This document shows positions 30,512 to 40,700 of a stretch of DNA of 64,000 bases, in pieces. Numbering within the stretch: position 1 is the stretch's first letter; each line of letters starts with the position of its first letter. Source of the stretch: a virus (Duplodnaviria; Caudoviricetes). The stretch lies in the IMG/VR virus record IMGVR_UViG_3300044633_001982. One strand, written 5' to 3'. The notes below the pieces were generated by a model. That model was not told the DNA's origin, did not search any database, and saw nothing but the letters and a program-made list of their open reading frames with translations. The position numbers and the translations under genes are program-made.

Positions 30512-31420
30512 ATGGCAATAGGTTCATACGGTACAATTAGACCATCAGATGTTTCACCCGCGGATGTTGAAATAATACTTCATTATACCCCATCAAGAGA
30601 CTATACTGAAAATTTTGTATTAAAAAAACTTGATGCGTCTACTTTATTAACTCCGTATTTTAATAACAATAACACAGGTGGAAATCCTAATGTTGAAATT
30701 TTAGGCGGGTTATATAATTTAAAGTTACCATCAAATGAATTTAATAAATTAGGTATTTATACATTATATTTAAGACCTGTTCAAATTAGAACTGAAATAA
30801 GTGATTGTGGTGTTTTATCTTCATTACCAAATGTTAAAGGTATAGTAATTGACATTTCAAATGTACCAAGTCAATATCGTAACAAATTTGTCACACAAGG
30901 TTTAGTTGGATTTAGGGTTGAGTACTTAAATACCGATGGGTCAAAAGTACCTAATTTCTTCAGGTACATAACTTCAAGTTTTTATTGTGAACCTGTTACA
31001 CAAAATTTAACAACAACACAACAAAAAGTTGTTAGATATCGATACGTTGATAACGCATCTAATTTGATTTTCTGTACGTTAACTCCATCATCGGCTCCGA
31101 CAAATAAACCAAATGCGACTCCATATATTGGGGTACCTGGTCAAGATATTATAATTACAAATACATTTTTTAATCCTATTACTTTAGATGTTGAAATAGT
31201 TGAACACGATGCCTCAACACTGGCCTTAGCGTTATACGGTAATCAGACTAAATCAATGGATGACGGTATTTACACTATTTACGACTCAAGTAATAACATA
31301 TATAAACAATATAACTTATACGAAATTAGAGACCAATTTAACGAACTTCTTTATGAGGTTAGACAAGACAGAGATGGTAACATTGATTTCAGTAAAAGTT
31401 ACGATAATATAATCGCTTAA
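30512..31420 (+). CDS. Putative baseplate structural protein (302 aa)
   Basis: Clean ORF in the coupled operon; no family recognised. Confidence 0.6.
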   Translation: MAIGSYGTIRPSDVSPADVEIILHYTPSRDYTENFVLKKLDASTLLTPYFNNNNTGGNPNVEILGGLYNLKLPSNEFNKLGIYTLYLRPVQIRTEISDCGVLSSLPNVKGIVIDISNVPSQYRNKFVTQGLVGFRVEYLNTDGSKVPNFFRYITSSFYCEPVTQNLTTTQQKVVRYRYVDNASNLIFCTLTPSSAPTNKPNATPYIGVPGQDIIITNTFFNPITLDVEIVEHDASTLALALYGNQTKSMDDGIYTIYDSSNNIYKQYNLYEIRDQFNELLYEVRQDRDGNIDFSKSYDNIIA

Positions 31421-34400
31421 TGGCTGTTACTAAGTATACATGTCCACCCCAAACCGCCGCTGGTTCTGGAACTTTCTCCAACAATTTGGTGGGGTTCCAA
31501 TTAGTGCAAGGTGGAGGGTTTACTCAAGGTAATTTTGAGTTTACGACTTCAGTAACTGAAAAGTCTAATAGAACTTTTGAGACTGGAGTATTTTCAAATC
31601 CAATTTCGTTAGAGAGTTTAAATACAACAATTGAACAAAGTAGGTCAATCCTATCAAATAATTTTCAAGTTTTTCCAAATATAGATTTAAGTGAAGTTAC
31701 TAGTTTTACGTTATATGGACCTCTTAATAAAAGACTTTCTTCTTCTGTTGAGCACATTGTAAATTATTTTCCTGCGGCTTTAGAGATAAGTAAAAATAGA
31801 CCTGATTTTACAAGTGGGGTTACTGCAAATAATATAATATTTGACCCTAATGATAATGTGACAGAATTTGAGATTGATATTGAATCAATATCAAATCCAT
31901 TTAATATTGACTTTACTACTAATGCGACTGTTAATTTATCATCTCGAGAGATTAAAGTATCGGATTTAAGAAATTTAACAGTTGAGTATCCTAATTACAT
32001 TTTAGTTATAAACGGGGAAAATTATCCAATTAATAATATAACTCCATCAAGTAATTTAACTGCGGGAACTTTAACCGTGTTTGTTGAAGGTAATCCATTT
32101 GATAACAATCCAATCAGTTATGATTATTTAATTATAAGACCAAATGATGATGTTGTTAATAGAGTATTTAATTTAGAATTAGACTATGTTGATAAATTTA
32201 TTTTAGATAGGTCAACAACCCCAATATACACTTCTCAATTTACAGTACCTTTAGAAAGTGATAATGGTACTGTGTATAATTCTACAGATAAAGTTACATG
32301 GCCATTATTTGGGGAATGGAATTTAGATATTTTAACTGATTCTTTCACGGTTTATTTAGAAAAGTTAAATGAAATTGCTGAAAATTTTGATAGCTACAAA
32401 ACTAATTTAATTGCTAGATTCTTAGTTACCGATTCACTTGTAGAGTTTGATACCCAAGACCAAAAAGTTGATAAAGTTTTAAAAATTTATGGTAGAAGTT
32501 TTGATGAAACAAGAGTTTTCATTGATGCTTTGGCCAACATGACATCTGTTAATTATAATATTGGTAATGATATACCATCACAGTTGTTAAAAAATTTGGC
32601 TCAAACTTTAGGGTGGAATACGGATATTTCACCTATAACTAATGACAATTTTTTAGATTCTTTATTTACAACAAATCCAACACCATTGTTTGATGGTATA
32701 AGTTCTAATCCTACTCCCGATGAATTAAATTATCAATATTTTAGAAATTTGATAATGAACTCAGCTTATCTATTTAAGTCAAAGGGTACAAGAAAATCTA
32801 TTGAAAGTTTATTAAGATTAATCGGGGCTCCTGACGCAGTTGTTGAATTTAACGAGACTGTTTACGTAGCTGACCAAAAAATTAATATAAATGAGTTTAA
32901 TCAAAGGTACGAATTAATCGCAGGAGGTTCATACATACAACAATCAGTTGTTTTAGACTCTTCAACAACTTATTCAATACAAGGTAATATATACACCGCC
33001 TTTACAATAACAAATACTGTTATTGAAACTGATACTACAAGAAATGATTACCCTGTGGACAGTCAAGGTTATCCATCAATGGTAGAACCTAGTGAAAGTT
33101 ATTATTTTCAAATAGGTGCGGGGTGGTTTGAATCTACACCTGTTCATAGAAGTTCGGAAATTATAAACTATACTACAAGTGTTTTTACAGGACAAAATTT
33201 TAATGTACAAACTCAATTATCTCCATTCACTTATGGGTTACCATATTTGCAAAGATATGAAAATTTACCTTATTTAAATCTTGGATTTGGTTTACAGAAA
33301 ACTAAAGACAATAGAAAAAGTTGGGTATCTACAGATACTAGTCGACAAAATTCTGACGCTGGATTTAATTCAGATTATTATGTTGGAGATGATAGATTGG
33401 TTATTAATGTTAAAAATGTTGATTTATATTTAAACCCCGCACAAGGATTGTTATACGACGTTTGGTATATTTCCCAAACTTCAAATTATCCAATACCAAG
33501 TACCGGATTACCTAATTTTTCTTCCGCAAACTTATTAAATGGATTTAATCTTGGTGACTGTAATTATAGTGCGGGTACTGGAGTTAACGGTTTAGTTTAT
33601 TGTGGGTTTGAATTTGACAGAACAGTAATCAATCCTAAACCTCAAAAAAAGACATTTTTTGAATTTGCTCAAGATTTTATAAAGAATATGATAAATGTTA
33701 GAGATAGATTATTTATCTCTGATGGTAAAACAGGAGGATATCCTAAATTACAATCTATATTTTGGCAATACTTACTATCTAATGAAACCGTTAATATACC
33801 AACAAATCAATTCACGTATGAAAAATTAATTGAATATGTTGAAGGGTTAGGGGACTATTGGATTAGATTAGTGGAACAAATGGTTCCCGCAACAACGATT
33901 TGGAATACTGGTGTTAAATTAGAAAATTCAGTATTTCATAGACAAAAATACGTATACCGAAGACAACAAGGATGTGAGATTATACCAATACCGTGTGAAA
34001 CTTGTAATGCTACGGGACCATTGTTTTCTTATGATTGTAATTACGAAACAATTAGTTGTTCAATATATCCATGGAGTAATGGATTAACTTCAGTACCTTC
34101 ATTTGCGGATGTATTGTATCAGACATTAAATAATTATTTAAGTCAAATTGGATTGACATTTAATGATTGTGATTTAAATAGTTTATATAGTACGTGGTAT
34201 GTTGATATAAATGTAGGAGGAAATCAATTAATCCAACAATCATTTTTTGATGGGTATGGATTAAATAATAGTGATTCATTCCCAACACAAAGTCAATGGG
34301 TAAGTGCTTTACAGACTTATTTACCACAACTTAATAATTATAATTTAAATTATTATATAAGTAATTCTATTTTGTATGTACAGAATTTGGATTGTGGGCA

Positions 34401-34464
34401 AGATTTTTTAAACCAAACGTTTAATTTAAACGTGGGTATAAACTTTTCATTAGCATGTAATTAA
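31420..34464 (+). CDS. Baseplate wedge protein with a P2 gpI / T4 gp7-like domain
   Basis: PSQLLKNLAQTLGW...RNLIMNSAYLFKSKGTRKSIESLLRLIG matches the Tail_P2_I pattern. Confidence 0.75.
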   Translation: MAVTKYTCPPQTAAGSGTFSNNLVGFQLVQGGGFTQGNFEFTTSVTEKSNRTFETGVFSNPISLESLNTTIEQSRSILSNNFQVFPNIDLSEVTSFTLYGPLNKRLSSSVEHIVNYFPAALEISKNRPDFTSGVTANNIIFDPNDNVTEFEIDIESISNPFNIDFTTNATVNLSSREIKVSDLRNLTVEYPNYILVINGENYPINNITPSSNLTAGTLTVFVEGNPFDNNPISYDYLIIRPNDDVVNRVFNLELDYVDKFILDRSTTPIYTSQFTVPLESDNGTVYNSTDKVTWPLFGEWNLDILTDSFTVYLEKLNEIAENFDSYKTNLIARFLVTDSLVEFDTQDQKVDKVLKIYGRSFDETRVFIDALANMTSVNYNIGNDIPSQLLKNLAQTLGWNTDISPITNDNFLDSLFTTNPTPLFDGISSNPTPDELNYQYFRNLIMNSAYLFKSKGTRKSIESLLRLIGAPDAVVEFNETVYVADQKININEFNQRYELIAGGSYIQQSVVLDSSTTYSIQGNIYTAFTITNTVIETDTTRNDYPVDSQGYPSMVEPSESYYFQIGAGWFESTPVHRSSEIINYTTSVFTGQNFNVQTQLSPFTYGLPYLQRYENLPYLNLGFGLQKTKDNRKSWVSTDTSRQNSDAGFNSDYYVGDDRLVINVKNVDLYLNPAQGLLYDVWYISQTSNYPIPSTGLPNFSSANLLNGFNLGDCNYSAGTGVNGLVYCGFEFDRTVINPKPQKKTFFEFAQDFIKNMINVRDRLFISDGKTGGYPKLQSIFWQYLLSNETVNIPTNQFTYEKLIEYVEGLGDYWIRLVEQMVPATTIWNTGVKLENSVFHRQKYVYRRQQGCEIIPIPCETCNATGPLFSYDCNYETISCSIYPWSNGLTSVPSFADVLYQTLNNYLSQIGLTFNDCDLNSLYSTWYVDINVGGNQLIQQSFFDGYGLNNSDSFPTQSQWVSALQTYLPQLNNYNLNYYISNSILYVQNLDCGQDFLNQTFNLNVGINFSLACN

Positions 34465-36671
34465 TGGCGATAACGTTAAATTATGAATTACAAATCACAG
34501 GTGACTGTCAAAGCAATTCATCAGGTGCGGTTGGACTTACAATTTTTGGAGGTACCCCTAATTATACTATAACATGGTTATCACCTGCATTATCACCAAT
34601 TGTATTGGTTGGTAGTGCAACTACGATAACTTCATTATCAGGAGGGTCTTATAGTTTTTATGTAAGTGACCAATCAATTCCGGTAAATAACACAACTAAC
34701 ATTAATTTTTATATTAACACAGGATGTTGTGTTTCAATAGATGTTCAAGATACTACATGTAATTTACCTAATGGTTCATTAACGGCCACTACCGCTTACG
34801 CTCCTTCGTATGGTACAGTTTATTTATATCGAGAAGGTGTGTATGTTACAAGTGCTCTAACTACTGTTGTGACTCAAGAGGCACCTCCACCCTTATATTC
34901 AAATCCTCAAGTTTCAACTTCGGCATTTTTTGATGGGTTATCTGCCGGAACATATCAGGTAACACTTTTTGATTATGGTGGATGTCAGTGTTCAAGTCAA
35001 ACTTGTATTATAAGAAATTCTTCAGAGTTTGATTTTGGGTTACTTGTTGCGAATGCTTCATCATGTAATAATGGATACGGAAAACTTACTATTACTGGTA
35101 ATACAGGACAACCTCCATTTTTGTACGAATGGTCGTCAAATGTACCGAACGCAAGTATTACTGCAACTACTGTTAGTGGATTGTCCGCGGGTAGTTATAG
35201 TGTGATAGTTACGGACTCAACTGGATGTCAAGTAACTAAATCCGCAATAATTAATACAGTACCGCCTTTAGGGTTAAATTTTTATACATCCACACAAGCA
35301 TCTTGTCTCTCAAATGATGGTACTGTGACATTAAATATTTCAGGAGGTACTCCTCCGTATTATTACATACTATCAAATGGTGACTCGGCAATAAGTTATT
35401 CTACGACGTATACTTTTTCAGGCTTAGCTGCTAACACATATACAGTACAAATAGTTGATTTGGCTCTTTGTAATTTTTCACAAGATATACAAGTCCCAAT
35501 GGAGGGTAATTTTAATGTGATATCTGTTGTTACAAACAATGTGACATGTACATCATATGGTTCATTATCAGTTAATTTAATAGGTAACTCACCATTTACA
35601 TATACATTAGAGGATAGTAATGGTATTTCAAATACTGTTATTACACAAGTAAACAATTATCAGTTTACAAATTTAACTGCCGATACATACACGTTAACTA
35701 TTTCTGATTATTTAGGAAGTTGTGAATACACCGATACCTACACTATTGAACAATCAAATGACTTTATAATTAATGTTAGTTCAATTGATACTACTTGTAA
35801 TTCTGATAACGGATTTATAACGGTTGATATCACACCAATAAATTCTACAACTTTTACATATGAGTTAGTGGGTATTGAAAGTTATGGACCGACAAATGAC
35901 ACTTCATATACTTTTAGTTCACTTACAACTGGAGTCTATTCAATTGTTGTTACGGATGAAAGTGGATGTACACAAACGGCAACAAGCGTTTTAACAAATC
36001 AATCTGAAGTTAATTTTGATTTGTATTCGACAGGATGTGGTACAGGTGCTCAAGGTACTGCAAGTGCAATTATAAATTCAGGAATCCCACCATTTGATTT
36101 TTATTGGAGCGCAAGTACTATCGATGGGTTTATCTCTATTGGTACTCAGGAAGGCATTTATTTAACAGGATTAACTAGTGATTTATATAGTTTAACTTTA
36201 ACAGATAATAATGGTTGTGTTTTAACTAAAACAGTCTCAGTAAGTTGTGGTAGTTTAGTTAGTTCTTCTTATCAAGTTTTTAACATTTGTCAACAGACTT
36301 TTACCGAAACCTCAAATCAAAAAAGAGGAATAATACAAATGTATAATGAAGGATACTTAGATTTGACTAATGGGTCAAATTGTATTTTAAATTATGCCAA
36401 TTTTATTGTTGAGGTGACATTGGGTTCTCAAGTGTATGCCACCCAATTTTATACATCTAATTCTTTAACTAATGCTCCGACTGACGATTTATTTATAAGT
36501 GCAATACAATCATCATTAAACGGTGCTTATGGTGTAGGGAATGTTATTATTGATTCTTCTATGAACATTGTCGTAATATCTTCAGATTGTAATTTAAGTT
36601 ATGATATATTACAAGACTTAAACATAACTATTGATTTAAAAATAGAATACGACATTGATTGTCAATCATAA
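34464..36671 (+). CDS. SprB-like repeat protein
   Basis: Repeated G-x-x-x-L-x-I-x-GG(T)-x-P-Y/F and L-x-x-G-x-Y-x-V-x-V-T-D-x-x-GC units (e.g. GGTPNYTITW, GGTPPYYY, VTDSTGC, VTDESGC, LTDNNGC). Confidence 0.75.
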   Translation: MAITLNYELQITGDCQSNSSGAVGLTIFGGTPNYTITWLSPALSPIVLVGSATTITSLSGGSYSFYVSDQSIPVNNTTNINFYINTGCCVSIDVQDTTCNLPNGSLTATTAYAPSYGTVYLYREGVYVTSALTTVVTQEAPPPLYSNPQVSTSAFFDGLSAGTYQVTLFDYGGCQCSSQTCIIRNSSEFDFGLLVANASSCNNGYGKLTITGNTGQPPFLYEWSSNVPNASITATTVSGLSAGSYSVIVTDSTGCQVTKSAIINTVPPLGLNFYTSTQASCLSNDGTVTLNISGGTPPYYYILSNGDSAISYSTTYTFSGLAANTYTVQIVDLALCNFSQDIQVPMEGNFNVISVVTNNVTCTSYGSLSVNLIGNSPFTYTLEDSNGISNTVITQVNNYQFTNLTADTYTLTISDYLGSCEYTDTYTIEQSNDFIINVSSIDTTCNSDNGFITVDITPINSTTFTYELVGIESYGPTNDTSYTFSSLTTGVYSIVVTDESGCTQTATSVLTNQSEVNFDLYSTGCGTGAQGTASAIINSGIPPFDFYWSASTIDGFISIGTQEGIYLTGLTSDLYSLTLTDNNGCVLTKTVSVSCGSLVSSSYQVFNICQQTFTETSNQKRGIIQMYNEGYLDLTNGSNCILNYANFIVEVTLGSQVYATQFYTSNSLTNAPTDDLFISAIQSSLNGAYGVGNVIIDSSMNIVVISSDCNLSYDILQDLNITIDLKIEYDIDCQS

Positions 36672-36674
36672 TAG

Positions 36675-37772
36675 ATGTGTCTTATAACTTTAAATAACAT
36701 AACAGGAGTACCTCCATACACAGTGGAGGTCTGTGATTATTTTAAAGTTAATTGTCAAACCATTGCGTACTACGATTCTTACATACCTCCACAGTTAGTA
36801 TTATCAGTACCTGCACCATATAATACTGCTCCGGTAGTTGTGGTAAGGGTTTATGATGCGAATGGATGTATTAGTGAAAGTAGTCTAAGTATGTTTACCC
36901 CAACACCTACCAATACAAATACTCCAACTGTTACCCCAACACCTACAATTACACCAACTAACCAAACCCCTACCCCAACACCAACTAATACCCCAACACC
37001 AAGTATTACATCAACTAAAACTCCTACACCAACTATTACTCCTACTGCTTTAACACCAACTCCTACGTCAACCCCGACACCAACTCCTCAAACTCCAACA
37101 CCGACTCCGACTAACACCCCTACTGTGACCATTACTCCGACTGTGACTAAAACAAAAACTCCAACAACAACAAATACTCCTAGTGTTACTCCGTCACTAT
37201 CTCCGTTACCACCAACTAAAGCGTTCTTATTCATTGAACCTCAAAGTGGTAGTACGGATATTGGACAATGGATGTACGATAACTCACAGACATTCTATGG
37301 ATTTACAAATAGTACTGCTCCTGCACTTAATCAAAATAAATTTAATCAACAATTAAACATTTATGTCGATTTCTCAGGATGGACATCAGGATTGTTCCCA
37401 TCAATCATAAATCAGGATGTTCCACAAACAACTGGTGGAAATGATTCATTTGGTAATGCTATTGTTGCATATAATTTCAAAACAACTAAAGTCGATAAAA
37501 ACACTGTTTCAGGTAAAGCGTGGTACACATGGATGATTCCAACAGGAATGACTAATGGATTATACCAAACTAAAATTGATTATAGTACATCAAGTCCATC
37601 TATGCCACCAACAACTGTAAATACTGAACCAACAATATATTCTTATTATTTTACTTACAGTGGAACTACAATACCTCAAACGACATATAGGGTTTATACA
37701 ACTTACCCATCAACAAACTTTAATTTATTGAATACTTCCGATATATATTTTAAAGGAAATACAGTAAGTTAA
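36675..37772 (+). CDS. Appendage protein: shared Cys module + Pro-Thr stalk + unknown head domain
   Basis: N-terminal GVPPY..VCD....NC...DANGC module; ~105-aa TPTP tract; aromatic-rich C-terminal domain. Confidence 0.7.
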   Translation: MCLITLNNITGVPPYTVEVCDYFKVNCQTIAYYDSYIPPQLVLSVPAPYNTAPVVVVRVYDANGCISESSLSMFTPTPTNTNTPTVTPTPTITPTNQTPTPTPTNTPTPSITSTKTPTPTITPTALTPTPTSTPTPTPQTPTPTPTNTPTVTITPTVTKTKTPTTTNTPSVTPSLSPLPPTKAFLFIEPQSGSTDIGQWMYDNSQTFYGFTNSTAPALNQNKFNQQLNIYVDFSGWTSGLFPSIINQDVPQTTGGNDSFGNAIVAYNFKTTKVDKNTVSGKAWYTWMIPTGMTNGLYQTKIDYSTSSPSMPPTTVNTEPTIYSYYFTYSGTTIPQTTYRVYTTYPSTNFNLLNTSDIYFKGNTVS

Positions 37773-37784
37773 TAATTATAGTAT

Positions 37785-40700
37785 ATGTCTACATTCCCAT
37801 ATAAAAACCCAATAAGTTCAGAACAATTAAATGGAGTACAATCTGTTGAAAGGTCCGAAACATTTGGAACAAATTTTTCAGTACTTGGAGTTGGTGGGTA
37901 CATGGAGGTATTTAATCTTACTGATTTAGTATATACAATACCATCTGCAACATTTGGACCAATTGAGTATAGTGGTAATACCATACCAATACAATTTACA
38001 AAGGGGACTGGTGCGGTATTTTCACCTGATGTACTAACACTTAATTCTGATAATATATCTTCGGGAAGAAAAAGGTTGGGTATGTTGGCTTACGTCTATG
38101 AAGACGACCAAGTGTACCAATTCAGAATTGATAATTACGAATCATTATGGTCTGCGGTAACTGCAACTACTGCAATTACATTTTATGATTTTGGAACCAC
38201 AATTAATAATACGACTGTTGCAAGTCAAAACTTCATTAACGCTTGGACGGCATCGACTATTGAAGGTGTTGGAGGCGCAACACACGCTACCGCTATTTGG
38301 AAAAAATACGGTTCAACTGGAAGTACCTCATCCGCAAGTACTTTATATATTACAGGTACAGGAATTAATTCCACAATAAGATGTGGGGTTAATAATACGG
38401 CTGCGGGTGATTTTGGAGGTGCTCTTGCGGGTTCAGGTAATACCGCTTCAGGTAATTATTCATTTGTTGGTGGAGGACAAGGTAACACCTCAAGTAATTA
38501 TTTTTCAACAATCGGAGGAGGAGGTTTTCATACATCAAGTGGATTTTATTCAACCGTAGGTGGTGGACGTTGTAATACATCAAGTTCCTATAACTCAACC
38601 GTAAGTGGGGGATATTGTAACACCTCAAGTAGTAAATACTCAACTGTTGGTGGTGGATATAAAAACAACTCAAGTAGTAAATACTCAACCGTAGGTGGTG
38701 GAGTTGGTAATACTGCAAGTGGTTACAACTCAACCGTAGGTGGTGGAGTTGGTAATACCGCAAGTAGTTATAACTCAACCGTAAGTGGGGGATATCAAAA
38801 CACCTCAAGTAGTAAATACTCAACCGTAAGTGGGGGATATCAAAACACCGCAAGTGGTAATAACTCAACTGTAGGTGGAGGACAAGGTAACACCGCAAGT
38901 TCTTATTACTCAACCGTAGGTGGAGGACAAGGTAACACCTCAAGTAGTGAATACTCAACTGTTGGTGGTGGTAAATGTAATATAGTTACTGGTAAAGGTG
39001 TGTGCTCCTCAATTTTAGGGGGTAACTATAATAGTGTTGAATCACAGGCTTCCTCAATTTTAGGAGGATTAGGTAATATTGTTAAATCTTATGCTGGTAA
39101 CATTAATGGTGGAGTCTCTAATATTATTGGTAAGGGTATAACGTATTCAAATCTATATTGTACGAATTCTGGTTATAATAGAGTATATCTTAGTGGGGAT
39201 GTTACAGCGTTATACCCTAATGGTGACACTGTCCAATTTTTTAATAATTATGATGGTAATTTAATTAAAGGTGATATTACTAATTCATCATATAGTGGGG
39301 GGTATACTTGTTTGGATTTATCAGTGAATACTGGGTCAAATGTATATAGTACTCCAATTATTAATCTTAATAACGTAGGTATCTATGGATGTTTCAATAC
39401 CATCAATGGAGGGTATGTAAATAGTATTAGTTCTCAATATTACGCAACAATTGGAGGGGGGCATACAAATTGCGCAACAGGAAATGGGTCGACAATAGGT
39501 GGAGGTGAAGATAATGAGTCAATTGGGCCGGTATCAACCATAGGTGGAGGAAATGGTAACACTACAAATGGAAATGGGTCGACAATAGGTGGAGGGAGTG
39601 TTAACACTGCAAATTGTTTTTGGTCGACAATAGGTGGAGGAAATAGTAACACTGCAACTTGCGATTATTCAATAGTAGGTGGTGGGTATAAAAATACCTC
39701 AAGTGGTTGTTACTCTTCTGTATTAGGAGGTTTAATAAATTGTGCTTCAGGTAACTCATCCATAATTGGGGGTGGTAAGTGTAATTGGGCTAATGGAGGG
39801 TGTGCGACCGTAAGTGGGGGGTATAAAAACTATTCAAACGGACCTTCTTCATTTATTGGAGGGGGACAATTAAATACCGGAACATCTGTTAATAGTGTTA
39901 TCGCAGGTGGACAAGTAAACTGTGTCACAGGTAGCTCAGGAACTATTGGTGGTGGTTATAAAAATATTTCGTATGGTGACTTTAGTACTATTAGTGGTGG
40001 TTATTTTAACTGTGCGGTAGGAGGATGTTCATCAATTTTAGGTGGTTATAAAAACAATTCTTGTGGAACTCATAGTGCGGTTGTTGGAGGTACTGGTAAT
40101 AATGCTGTTGGAACTTGTTCATTTATTGGAGGAGGAAGTTCAAACTCAGCAACAGGACTAACCTCAACAATTGGTGGGGGTATTAATAACTGTGCTTATG
40201 GAGCTTGTTCATCTGTTCTTGGCGGAAAATGTAATACTTCATCAGGAATATATTCAACCATATCAGGAGGGTATAGAAACTTTTCTTGTGGTTCTTATAG
40301 CTCAGTAGTTGGTGGTAGATTTAATACCTCGTCAGGAATTTACTCAACCATATCAGGGGGATACCGAAATATTGTATCAGGTTGTACTTCGTTTATTGGT
40401 GGTGGTACTTTAAACTGTTCTTGTGGAAATCAGTCATCAATACTTAACGGACAGTCAAATATTATCACTCCTTCATTTGCGAATGTTACAATATTAAATG
40501 GTTCCTCAAATACGGGTAATACAAGTAATAGTGTAATTTTAGCGGGATGTTCAAACATTCTATCAGGAGCAAGTTCAAAATTTGCGTATACAATTATTGG
40601 TAATGGATGTTTAAATAGGGTTTTAGGTGATACATCAAATATTTTAAACGGATTTAATAATTTAGTAAGTTCCCTTGGAACGTTTACAACAATCCTAAAT

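Noticed and set aside
1-34464. Bacterial T6SS or extracellular contractile injection system
   Set aside because: The tail genes are interleaved with a complete T4-like replication and RNR module, which indicates a phage genome.
38439-38978. Regularly spaced repeats that could be taken for a CRISPR array
   Set aside because: Units are contiguous 45-nt in-frame coding repeats with no unique spacers and no cas genes.
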